Source: Candidatus Omnitrophota bacterium
GTDB taxonomy: Bacteria; Omnitrophota; Gorgyraeia; Zapsychrales; Fredricksoniimonadaceae
NCBI GenBank assembly: GCA_903860135.1
Contig: CAIOPG010000006.1
Span: forward strand, 21,117-85,116
Length of the DNA stretch: 64,000 bases
Reading direction: 5' to 3'
Shown here: positions 50,706-59,985 of the stretch, one piece after another
Layout of the letters: each line of letters starts with the position of its first letter
Position numbering within the stretch: position 1 is the stretch's first letter
Notes under the pieces: model-generated
What the model saw: only the letters and a program-made list of their open reading frames with translations
Databases searched by the model: none
Told to the model about the DNA's origin: nothing
Translations under genes and position numbers: made by a program

Positions 50706-52067
50706 ATGAACAGAAACATACAGCTCGAACTTGAAGATAAGTTGCTCGACAAGATTAAAGGTCGCCTTCATGTCATCCAGCTTGACCATGAGCGTGCGGA
50801 GATAGCTTTTGCTGCTCTGGAGAGTGTGCTGATCAATGATAAATCCCGCCGGTTCTCCAATGAGTTTGCCGACACAGAGGCCAAGCATATTTTTGTCCGT
50901 GAGTTTCTTTCTTACGGTATTATTGAAAAACTTTTGTGTGACACCGATGTTGAGGATATTATCATCAACTCCCTTCAGCCTATTTATATCCATCATGCCC
51001 AGAACGGGTTTATTGAAGCCGGCATAAAGTTTTTGAATATACGCGAGCTTAATCTTTTCATCAAGAAACTCATTATTTTTGCTAATCGTGATTCCATGAA
51101 GAGGGTGATCGATCTGGAGCTCGCTAATCTCGGCGGCCGGGCAAACATCATCACATCACCGTTTGGTGCCCAGATCACCATCACCAAGGCCAAGGTGGAT
51201 CCCATCAGCGTGATCGATCTCATCACACGCGGCACCCTGACTTACGAGGTGGCGGCTCAGTTATGGCTTTATGTGGATGGTTTGTCCATACGGCCGGCCA
51301 ATATTCTTCTGGCTGGCGGTCCCGGAACGGGGAAAACAACGTTGCTCAATGCCCTGTTCAGTTTCATTCCCGACAAGGATCACGTTGTTATCATTGAAGA
51401 CACCCTTGAACTCAATACCCTGCTGATGGACACGGTTTCCCGCCTCGAGAGTGATGATGAGCTGTCGCTGGCAGACCTGGTAAAAAACAGCCTGCGCATG
51501 CGTCCGGAACGTATTATTGTCGGCGAAGTCAGGGGCATTGAAGCCCGCGATATGATCACGGCCATGAATGTGGGAAAGTTTTGCATGTGCACCATACACG
51601 CCCTCACGGCGCGCGAGGCTATCATCCGTCTGCAGAGTGACCCGATGAATATCCCTGAAGCATTGATAAACCTGATCGATGTTTTTGTGGTGCTCAAGCG
51701 GTTTCATGTGGGGGGCAAGGTGTTCCGTGTGATCGACGAGGTGAGTGAAACCGGAGGGATGGAGCAGAAGAAGATACTGCTGTCGCCGATCTATAAATAC
51801 AATTACGAGCAGAACCGTATAACACAGATGTCGCCGAGCACGATCTATCGCGATAAGCTTTCCCGTGAAGCCGGCCTTAAGCCACGCGACATTATCAACG
51901 AAACGATCGTCCGCGCGCATGTACTTGAACGGCTGCACAGCCGTGGTGTATTTACGATTAAGGATGTGACCACTTTCTGCCGTGCTTATCGTCAAAATCC
52001 CGCCGATGCCATGGACCGTATCGGCCTCAATCGCCAGGCTCTTCTAAAAGAAGTCGAAAGGTTGTAG
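50706..52067 (+). CDS. Type II/IV secretion-system ATPase of the FlaI/CpaF/VirB11 family
   Basis: Walker A LLAGGPGTGKTT. Asp/Glu box VVIIEDTLEL. His box region. N-terminal domain. No adjacent TadB/C or pilin genes. Confidence 0.75.
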   Translation: MNRNIQLELEDKLLDKIKGRLHVIQLDHERAEIAFAALESVLINDKSRRFSNEFADTEAKHIFVREFLSYGIIEKLLCDTDVEDIIINSLQPIYIHHAQNGFIEAGIKFLNIRELNLFIKKLIIFANRDSMKRVIDLELANLGGRANIITSPFGAQITITKAKVDPISVIDLITRGTLTYEVAAQLWLYVDGLSIRPANILLAGGPGTGKTTLLNALFSFIPDKDHVVIIEDTLELNTLLMDTVSRLESDDELSLADLVKNSLRMRPERIIVGEVRGIEARDMITAMNVGKFCMCTIHALTAREAIIRLQSDPMNIPEALINLIDVFVVLKRFHVGGKVFRVIDEVSETGGMEQKKILLSPIYKYNYEQNRITQMSPSTIYRDKLSREAGLKPRDIINETIVRAHVLERLHSRGVFTIKDVTTFCRAYRQNPADAMDRIGLNRQALLKEVERL

Positions 52068-52095
52068 GCATTCCCATTCATTCTGGGGGCTTGTT

Positions 52096-53178
52096 ATGGC
52101 CAAATTATTAAGAAAATCCAACGCCAGGTCCAGATCGTCTGAGTCCTTGCATTATCAGGGCCAGCCAAGGCTGGGAGACGCAAAGATCACGGTTTTTGAT
52201 TATGATGCGGACAACTGTATTGAAAAAGTTGTTACGGACGTGGAAGCGTGTTTTCCTTTTCGGAATAAACCGACGGTAACATGGGTCAATGTGGACGGTT
52301 TGCATCAGACGGATATTCTTGAAAGACTGAGCCAAGGTTATTTGCTGCACCACCTTGTGCTTGAGGATATCCTGAACATTAATCAGCGCCCAAAGGCGGA
52401 AGATTTCGGGGAGTACATTTTCTTCGCCGCCAAGATGATGGAATATAACGAAGAAAGCGGCGAGATCACCGAAGAACAGGTGAGTATCATCCTGGGTGAT
52501 AATTTTGTTATCACGTTTCAGGAAGAGAAAGTGGGCGATGTCTTTGGTGATATTCGTCAGCGGTTGCGTGCCGGCAAGGGGCGGATCCGAAAAATGAAAG
52601 CGGATTATCTGGCGTACGCCATGCTCGACGCGATCGTGGACAATTACTTTGTGATCCTTGAAAAACTGGGCGAGAGGATTGAGTCTATCGAAGAACTCCT
52701 GGTTGATAAACCGGATCGGCAGACATTGCAGGCGATCAATCGTGTTAAACGCTCCCTGATTTTTCTGAGAAAATCTGTATGGCCGTTGCGCGAGGTTGCC
52801 CGCACCGTGACGCAGACCGAGTCGCCGCTTATTCGTCAGGAATCGCTGGCTTATTTTCGGGATATTCATGATCATATTATCCAAGCCGTGGACACCATCG
52901 AGGCTTTTCGTGATACGGTGTCGGGCATGTTGGACATTTACTTGTCGAGCCTGAGCCATCGGCTCAACGAGGTGATGAAGGTCTTGACGATCATTGCCAC
53001 GATCTTTATGCCGCTGACCTTTATTGCCGGGATATACGGAATGAATTTTAATACGCATGCTTCGGCCTGGAATATGCCTGAATTGAACTGGCCGTTGGGG
53101 TATCCTTTGGCCCTTGTTCTTATGCTGAGCATTGTTACGGGGATGGTTGTGTACTTTAAGAAAAAAAATTGGTTTTGA
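52096..53178 (+). CDS. corA: Magnesium/cobalt transporter CorA
   Basis: GMN motif (IAGIYGMNFN), two C-terminal TM helices, soluble N-domain. Confidence 0.9.
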   Translation: MAKLLRKSNARSRSSESLHYQGQPRLGDAKITVFDYDADNCIEKVVTDVEACFPFRNKPTVTWVNVDGLHQTDILERLSQGYLLHHLVLEDILNINQRPKAEDFGEYIFFAAKMMEYNEESGEITEEQVSIILGDNFVITFQEEKVGDVFGDIRQRLRAGKGRIRKMKADYLAYAMLDAIVDNYFVILEKLGERIESIEELLVDKPDRQTLQAINRVKRSLIFLRKSVWPLREVARTVTQTESPLIRQESLAYFRDIHDHIIQAVDTIEAFRDTVSGMLDIYLSSLSHRLNEVMKVLTIIATIFMPLTFIAGIYGMNFNTHASAWNMPELNWPLGYPLALVLMLSIVTGMVVYFKKKNWF

Positions 53179-53189
53179 CAGGAGGGATC

Positions 53190-54014
53190 ATGCTGAATTT
53201 CAAGGTTGATACGTCCACGTGCATCAATTGCGGCCTTTGCGCCAGCGATTGTCCGGCGAAGATCATTATGATGGGGGACAACGGTCCTGCGATCGCGACT
53301 GCGGATGAAGGGCGTTGTTACAGATGCCAACATTGCCTGGCGATTTGTCCGAAAGGGGCTGTTTCTATCCTGGGGGTTCTGCCATCAGCTTGCGCCCCTC
53401 TCGAAGGGAATCTGCCGTCAGCGGACCAGGTCGAAATCCTGATCAGGGGGCGTCGTACGGTACGCCGTTATCAGGATGAGAATCTTGATCCGGCTTTGAT
53501 CGCGCGGCTGCTGAATGTCGCCTGGCAGGGTGCTAGTGCCCGAAATGAGCGCAAGGTATTGCTGACGGTCATCGATGACCGCAAGGTCATGGAGGCTTTT
53601 CGCGCGGAGACGCTGGGCGCACTGGCACGCATGATCCGTGACAACAAGCTCCCGCCCGGACGCGAACGTTTCATTGATATTGTGGCGGCATGGGAAAACA
53701 AAAAGATCGATATTATATTTCGTGGTGCTCCACACCTCGTTGTGGCTTCTGCGCCTAAAACCTGCGCGACGCCCGAGGCAGATTGCCTGATCGCCTTGAC
53801 GACCTTCGAGCTCTTTGCCAGCAGCCTTGGTGTGGGTACGGTATGGTCGGGTATGTTGCAATGGGTTATGCTCGAGATATGGCCTGCCTTGAGGGGAAAA
53901 CTTGGGATACCGGAAGATCATGTGATAGGTTTTTCGATGGTCTTCGGGAAGCCGGCGGTAAAATACACCCGTACGGTGCGGCATGAGCCGGCCTGGATCG
54001 CGAGGGTTCATTGA
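53190..54014 (+). CDS. Ferredoxin-domain nitroreductase family protein
   Basis: Two Cys motifs CINCGLCASDCP and CYRCQHCLAICP, then a nitroreductase-like domain (RRTVRRY). Confidence 0.7.
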   Translation: MLNFKVDTSTCINCGLCASDCPAKIIMMGDNGPAIATADEGRCYRCQHCLAICPKGAVSILGVLPSACAPLEGNLPSADQVEILIRGRRTVRRYQDENLDPALIARLLNVAWQGASARNERKVLLTVIDDRKVMEAFRAETLGALARMIRDNKLPPGRERFIDIVAAWENKKIDIIFRGAPHLVVASAPKTCATPEADCLIALTTFELFASSLGVGTVWSGMLQWVMLEIWPALRGKLGIPEDHVIGFSMVFGKPAVKYTRTVRHEPAWIARVH

Positions 54015-54673
54015 CAGGGATGGTGCCTGGACAAATGACCCGGGGGCGCACACTAGATCACGCCGCGGCTGTTTATGATATTTTAAGCCCGCTCATGCTG
54101 TTGGGGCAGGAACAAATGATGGCGCGACCGTGCCTGAAATATCTGGAAGATCCGGTCATTCATGACGTGCTTGACCTGGGTTGCGGGACAGGCACGCTGA
54201 CGCTTGAGATCGCCAGGCTATTGACAGCCCGTTGCGGCCAGGTGGTGGGCATTGATGCCGCCCCGCGCATGATCGAGGTTGCCAGGAAGAAAGCCGGGAT
54301 TATCCGTAATGTCCGTTTTGACGTTGTGGCCGCCGAAGCACTGCCTTACCCGGATCAAAGTTTCGACCATGTCCTTTCCACTTTCTTTTTTCATCATATA
54401 GATATGGAACTTAAATTGCGCGCCATCGACGAAGCGTTCCGTGTGCTCAGGCCGGGCGGCTCGCTCATCATTGTTGATGTTGATGCCCCGACCAATCTTT
54501 TCGGGCGAGTTTGTGCCTGGGCAGGGTATTATCTCTTCAAGCAGGAAGAAATACGCGAGAATATTGAAGGCAAACTATGCCTGGCGGCCGAACGTTCAAG
54601 GTTCGGCGCTTTCAAGCGCCTGGCGCATTATCAAGGGTATGTATCGGTATTGCAATTGACCAAGGGTTTTTGA
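54011..54673 (+). CDS. Class I SAM-dependent methyltransferase
   Basis: Motif I VLDLGCGTGTLT and post-motif LRPGGSLIIVD. Confidence 0.8.
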   Translation: MTGMVPGQMTRGRTLDHAAAVYDILSPLMLLGQEQMMARPCLKYLEDPVIHDVLDLGCGTGTLTLEIARLLTARCGQVVGIDAAPRMIEVARKKAGIIRNVRFDVVAAEALPYPDQSFDHVLSTFFFHHIDMELKLRAIDEAFRVLRPGGSLIIVDVDAPTNLFGRVCAWAGYYLFKQEEIRENIEGKLCLAAERSRFGAFKRLAHYQGYVSVLQLTKGF

Positions 54674-54695
54674 CACCCCCGCCCTTTTGTGTGTC

Positions 54696-54724
54696 TTTCC
54701 TTTTTTTCATGTATATGTTATATT
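54696..54724 (+). promoter_or_regulatory. Putative extended -10 promoter (TGtTATATT) for paralog B
   Basis: GTATATGTTATATT at 54711-54724, the same motif as upstream of paralog A and both riboswitch-like units. The -35 is weak. Confidence 0.3.
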
Positions 54725-54825
54725 GTTTTCGTCATTATTTTCTCAAATTAGATTAGTTGTCATTCGCCCAAAAAAATTTGGCTGAAAGAAATTTTCTTTC
54801 AAGTTATTTAATAAAAGGGGAAGAT

Positions 54826-56436
54826 ATGGTACAAAAAACGCTAACCTTTCGCTGGATCTCAATCTGGGTTTTGGTGAGTTTTCTGGCCACCGCCGTGATC
54901 CCGCCCAAAGTGTACGCGCAGGCACTGAACCTGCCGGCGCCCGGGGCTATGGTGGGGTTGACCCCGGCGTATGTGCCGATCCTGATGAAGGGCGTGCGGG
55001 TGCATCCCGAGAATCCGCTTCTTTTTGATTTTATTGTGGACAGCGGGAAATCAAATTTTAAAGCAGAAAGCCCGGCGTTCAAGGCGGAGTCACAGAAGCT
55101 CATCAAGTATTTCTTGGCGTCGTTGACCATCAAGGAAGAAGATCTTTGGGTTAATTTAAGCCCGTATGAAAACAACCGCATCATCCCGCAGGTACTGGGC
55201 AAGACCGAGATGGGCCGCGATATGCTGGCGCAGGATTATATCCTCAAGCAATTGACCGCTTCGCTTATATATCCCGAGAAGGACCTGGGCAAGGCGTTCT
55301 GGAACCGGATCTACACCAAAGCCAAGGAACAGTTTGGCACAACCGATATCCCGGTCGATACCTTTAACAAAGTCTGGATTACCTCCGACAAGGCAAAAGT
55401 CTTTGAACGCAACAATGTCGCTTATATCGTCGGCGCGCACCTGAAAGTCATGCTCGAATCCGATTATCAAGCTGCGCAGGCTGTTGGCGTGCGTACAGGT
55501 GATCCTGTTATCACACCCGCCCCCGCCGCAGTGTGGAGAGGGCAAGGGAGGGGGGCGTCAGAAGAACTTGCCAAACAGGTCATCCGCGACGTCGTCATCC
55601 CCGAGATCGAAAAAGAAGTCAACGAAGGCCAGAATTTTGCAATGCTGCGCCAGATGTTCTATTCGATGATCCTCGCCTCTTGGTACAAGCTCGCTTTGAA
55701 AGATGCCCTGTTGAATCAGGTGTACAGTAATAAAGATAAAACCAGCGGGGTTCTCTCCGATGACCCGGCGGTAGCCACCAAGATCTACGAACAGTACCTG
55801 CAGGCGTATAAGAAAGGCGTGTTCGATTACATCAAAGAAGATATGGACGCTGTCACCCATGACCCTCTGCCCAGAAAGTATTTCTCGGGGGGGGTCGTTG
55901 ATTTGGCTAGCAAGGTGGAAGTTGAACGTCAGTCGGGTCGTTTGAATCTGACGGAAAATACCCAGCTCATATCTTCAGTATTCCTTTTGATGGTAAAGTT
56001 TTCGTCGGTGTTGGGAGGGCGTCTTTCATTGGCCAAACATTTGTCTTTGGTTGCGCTGATGACGGGTCTGTTCGCATGTCAGCCTGCTGTCCAGCCTCCG
56101 GCTGATCTTTTCTATGATTTAAGTAATTCCGACTTGATTACTTACCCTATTCAACTTGCGCCTGCCGATGCTACAAGGGTCTTTGTTCCCTTCAAGGTGG
56201 ATCATTCTGCGGATGTCGGTGGTATCGCGCTCAATGGGAAGCTGATGGACTTGGATGTGGCCAAAGACGGGAAGGGCGTTGAGATGAAATTCGATCCGAT
56301 CATGGTGGCGGAGTTTCAGCGGGGAAATTTTACGGGGGTTGAGGGGGTTATCCTCAATATTGTTCCGATGGTCAGCCCCTTATCGTTGTTGGGTCTGGAT
56401 AAAGCTTCGGTGGAGTTGGTGTCGGCCAAAGGGTGA
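54826..56436 (+). CDS. Secreted protein of the same uncharacterised paralogous family (paralog B, 559 aa)
   Basis: Signal peptide ending VYAQA. N-terminal about 300 aa are highly similar to the 11259 gene, with nucleotide identity around 70-80% in conserved blocks. The C-terminal tail is also similar. The gene is 31 nt upstream of tpsA. Confidence 0.8.
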   Translation: MVQKTLTFRWISIWVLVSFLATAVIPPKVYAQALNLPAPGAMVGLTPAYVPILMKGVRVHPENPLLFDFIVDSGKSNFKAESPAFKAESQKLIKYFLASLTIKEEDLWVNLSPYENNRIIPQVLGKTEMGRDMLAQDYILKQLTASLIYPEKDLGKAFWNRIYTKAKEQFGTTDIPVDTFNKVWITSDKAKVFERNNVAYIVGAHLKVMLESDYQAAQAVGVRTGDPVITPAPAAVWRGQGRGASEELAKQVIRDVVIPEIEKEVNEGQNFAMLRQMFYSMILASWYKLALKDALLNQVYSNKDKTSGVLSDDPAVATKIYEQYLQAYKKGVFDYIKEDMDAVTHDPLPRKYFSGGVVDLASKVEVERQSGRLNLTENTQLISSVFLLMVKFSSVLGGRLSLAKHLSLVALMTGLFACQPAVQPPADLFYDLSNSDLITYPIQLAPADATRVFVPFKVDHSADVGGIALNGKLMDLDVAKDGKGVEMKFDPIMVAEFQRGNFTGVEGVILNIVPMVSPLSLLGLDKASVELVSAKG

Positions 56437-56467
56437 AACTGGCTTCGATTGCGTTAAGGTTATATAA

Positions 56468-59400
56468 ATGCTGAGACATATCATCAAAAGCTTATTGGGC
56501 ATATGGTGTTTGATCCTGGGGTTGACTTGTTGTGCATTGGCAGAACCGCCACAGGTTAAGGTTGTTGACGGTGACGGCACTCTTTCCCAGACGCAGGCTC
56601 CTGCGGCATCGACAACGGATTTTACGGTGTCAGGTCATATTGTAGGTGAAACCAGCCGGGCCGACATTCTTCCTGATGAGACGTGGAATGTACGCTTTTC
56701 AAATCCAAACGACAGCTTTCTTCTTCGTGTCCTTGACCCTTCGGGTACACGCATTCTTGGGAACTTGAATATTTATTACGGGAGCTTTGTCCTGTTGAAC
56801 ACCCATGGGATCGATATAGGCGCGTTGGCGAGGGTGAATGTCAATCATGCTGTTTTTGTTGCCTCGACGATCGACATTCAAAATCGTGATTTCATAGCGG
56901 GGAAGTATGCTTTTGATGCTGCGCACGGAGCCGCCAACAGAACTGTAGTTAACCACGGTTTGATCAGGACAATGGGTTCCAGTTCGGTCGTTTTGTTGGG
57001 TCAGGCCGTTGAGAATGCAGGGGTGATTGAGGCGCCACTCAGCAAGGTTGCGCTAGCCGCTGGTGATGCCGTGACATTGAGCCTCGATGCCAATGGGTTG
57101 ATCGGTGTGGAGGTCGCGGATCCGGTGAAAAGCAAGGTCCTTGACGGGGATGGCCGTGAGGTCGCCGCGCAGGTTGCCAATACGGGGACGATCACCGCCG
57201 ATGGCGGGACTGTGTTGATTAGCGCCAGGTCCTTGAATGATGTTTTCAACCGCAGCGTGAACCTTGAGGGGCGTATTCAGGCTAATCAGGCCCTGCAAGG
57301 TGCTGACGGCACCATCAGGATCGTGGCTTCGGATAAAATTGTTAATACGGGCGTGCTGGCAACGCGCAACGGCAAGCTTTATCTTACCAGTGACGGCGCG
57401 ATAGAAACGTCGGGGCATCTGGCGGCCGGGACGCTGGTGGAGCAAGGGGCGTCATGGCGCATGGGCGGTGAGGTGCAGGTCGGGACGGCCAGCATGGACA
57501 ATGCCGACGGCGCCGCGGTTTTGAGTACGGGCAGTTATACCGGGACGTTTGAGGATTCCGGCGATATCATTGTTGACAACGACGCCCGTATCACGCTGAC
57601 CGGTGCGACCGTGTTTGGGGCGGACACGGATCCCGGGACGCAGGCCCATGATGGCAACGGCATTTTCACCATGAACACCGGGTCTTCGATCATCGGCGGG
57701 GGGCATGCCTTGACGCTGTATTCCGCCGACAGGGATTCCGCCGGGGGAGCGGCGTCGTCGGTCCTTCGCGATATCAGCGGGGTCAACGGGTTGAACCTTT
57801 ATCGTTCTTCGGCGGCAACGGCCAGTCCTGCCTATACGCTGCGTGGAACCCTGGACGCAGGGGCGTACAATCTGGACATCGACGGGGATATTGTCTTGGA
57901 TCCAGGAGGCGCGTTGACCAATGCGGCTGATATTTTTATCACGGGTAACTGGACTAATAACGGTGGCACGTTCACGCCAGGGGCGAGCAGGGTGAATTTT
58001 ATCAGCACCATAGCGGATCAGCTGATCAACGGGACTGCCGTGGCACAGGTGTTTTATGACATCAGGGTGGCCAAGGGCAGTAAGACGTTAAGCGTGGGGG
58101 GCAGTACAACGGCATTGTCCTTGCACGACTTGGCCTTGGACAGTGGCATTTTCGCGACGGGGACGGCAACGACGGTCAATGTGGCGGGCAATGTGGTCTT
58201 TAATTCATTGGCAGTGACCGGATTTAATGGATTAACGCTCGATGCCGACACGTTCACGGCCAACGATGTGGTCAATATGATCGGCAACACGGCGCGCACC
58301 TATTACCCGGTTACGGATGCCGTGCTTGATGCGATGATCGCCGGCAGTCAGGTCAAGACCTTGATCATCGGCGTGCCGTATGACCAGGATGCATATGGCT
58401 GGCTGGCCAATTACTGGGGCGGCAGTGTCCCCGTCGGGACGAACCGCGTGAATATGGTTGATCGTAATTATGTTGCGTACATCGCGCATGTGAAGGACAG
58501 GATCGCCTCGGCGGGTTCAAGCCTGAAGCTTATCGTCGAGTTTGGTAATGAGTATAACCTCCATCCGGAGTGGTTTGGCGGTGATAGCCGGAACTGGTTC
58601 TCGGCGTTGACGGCGGCGGTCAGTGCTGTTCACGCGGCCTTCGGCAACAGTGTCAGGGTTTCAACAGCCACAGGTGATATTCCAGCAGATTTTGTGACGA
58701 CCATCCGGACTGGTGTTGACCTCGTTGGCGTGAACACTTATCGTGGGTTGGGCAACACCAGTTCGCTGGTAGCTGATTGGAATACGGCATGCTCTCTGAC
58801 GGGGATGGCGACACCTCTTTATGTCTCTGAATCGGGGTTCCCCTCGTGGGTCTGGGATGGTGGAGAGGCACAGCAGGACATCAATGTTCTTTCGTTGCGT
58901 GATGAGTTCCTGAAGAACAATCTTGGCATAACGTTCATGAGTTTTGAAGATAACATGAGGAAGGGCGGCTCGTTGTTTACCCAGGATTCACGTGAAGATT
59001 ATTGGGGATGGTTGCGCGCCAACGGGACGCATAAGGCGGTGTATGACACCATGTCGGCCGCTTGGGCATTGCCGGAGTTTCAGGCCGGGGCGGCGCATAT
59101 TAATGTTGCCGGTGACTGGGTCAATAACGGTGGCACATTTACCGCGGGCACAAGCACGGTGACGTTCGATGCGTCCAATGCCGGACACATCGTTAAATCC
59201 GGGACGTCGGCGTTTGCGGATGTTGTTTTTGACGATGGGGGCAAAGGCGGAGCTTGGACAGTAGCGACGGATCCCATGCAGGTCAACGGGAATTTGTCGC
59301 TGACCAGTGGCCATGTGACCCTTGGCATGAAGCTTATGGTTGGGGGCAATCTTGACATTGTCAACGCCACACTCGATGCGGTGGGTAAGACCATTGAACT

Positions 59401-59965
59401 TGCGGGGGACTGGCGCAATGCTGGACTTTTTATCCACGGGAATAATACTGTGACGCTCACCGGAGATGACCAGACGGTAGCAGGGGACAATACTTTCTAT
59501 AATTTGACCAAGACAAGTGCTAAAGGATCGGCACTGACTTTTGAGGCTGGATCTGTGCAGGCGATCGCGGGGGCACTGACATTAACAGGGTGTTCGGATG
59601 TTTACATGCGCTTGCGTTCGGACGTTCCCGGGAAGCAGTGGAAGATGCGTGCGGCTTCGGTTGATATGCAATGGCTTGACTTGAAGGACTCCTGGAATAC
59701 TGGAGACGATATCACGCCTTTGAATTTTCTGGATAGTGGCAATAATACAGGTTATGCCTTTGATCCTGATTATCCTGCTTTATCGACGGGTATTTTCCGT
59801 TTGGATGTCCTAGATATTCATGGGTTGACGTTTAATCTGGCTGTTGCACATGAGGCTCGTCTTGCGGCGCAGTTTCTGGGGTCATCCTTGATAGAAATGG
59901 ATGTGCCGTTTCCGGGAACTCCGCCCGTTATGTTTGGTTTATCCCATAAGTTCATGGTTGAATAA
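56468..59965 (+). CDS. Two-partner secretion exoprotein (TpsA/filamentous-haemagglutinin-like) with an internal GH-A-clan-like glycoside hydrolase segment
   Basis: Signal peptide. TPS-domain-like N-terminus (SNPNDSFLLRVLDPSGTRILGNLNIYYGSFVLLNTHGIDIGALARVNVNHAVFVASTIDIQNRDF). Gly/Thr/Asn-rich beta-helix-like repeats. An internal segment has VEFGNEYN (acid/base-like) and LYVSESGFPSW (nucleophile-like). Confidence 0.7.
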   Translation: MLRHIIKSLLGIWCLILGLTCCALAEPPQVKVVDGDGTLSQTQAPAASTTDFTVSGHIVGETSRADILPDETWNVRFSNPNDSFLLRVLDPSGTRILGNLNIYYGSFVLLNTHGIDIGALARVNVNHAVFVASTIDIQNRDFIAGKYAFDAAHGAANRTVVNHGLIRTMGSSSVVLLGQAVENAGVIEAPLSKVALAAGDAVTLSLDANGLIGVEVADPVKSKVLDGDGREVAAQVANTGTITADGGTVLISARSLNDVFNRSVNLEGRIQANQALQGADGTIRIVASDKIVNTGVLATRNGKLYLTSDGAIETSGHLAAGTLVEQGASWRMGGEVQVGTASMDNADGAAVLSTGSYTGTFEDSGDIIVDNDARITLTGATVFGADTDPGTQAHDGNGIFTMNTGSSIIGGGHALTLYSADRDSAGGAASSVLRDISGVNGLNLYRSSAATASPAYTLRGTLDAGAYNLDIDGDIVLDPGGALTNAADIFITGNWTNNGGTFTPGASRVNFISTIADQLINGTAVAQVFYDIRVAKGSKTLSVGGSTTALSLHDLALDSGIFATGTATTVNVAGNVVFNSLAVTGFNGLTLDADTFTANDVVNMIGNTARTYYPVTDAVLDAMIAGSQVKTLIIGVPYDQDAYGWLANYWGGSVPVGTNRVNMVDRNYVAYIAHVKDRIASAGSSLKLIVEFGNEYNLHPEWFGGDSRNWFSALTAAVSAVHAAFGNSVRVSTATGDIPADFVTTIRTGVDLVGVNTYRGLGNTSSLVADWNTACSLTGMATPLYVSESGFPSWVWDGGEAQQDINVLSLRDEFLKNNLGITFMSFEDNMRKGGSLFTQDSREDYWGWLRANGTHKAVYDTMSAAWALPEFQAGAAHINVAGDWVNNGGTFTAGTSTVTFDASNAGHIVKSGTSAFADVVFDDGGKGGAWTVATDPMQVNGNLSLTSGHVTLGMKLMVGGNLDIVNATLDAVGKTIELAGDWRNAGLFIHGNNTVTLTGDDQTVAGDNTFYNLTKTSAKGSALTFEAGSVQAIAGALTLTGCSDVYMRLRSDVPGKQWKMRAASVDMQWLDLKDSWNTGDDITPLNFLDSGNNTGYAFDPDYPALSTGIFRLDVLDIHGLTFNLAVAHEARLAAQFLGSSLIEMDVPFPGTPPVMFGLSHKFMVE

Positions 59966-59985
59966 AGGGTGAGGTTCTTGTACGT

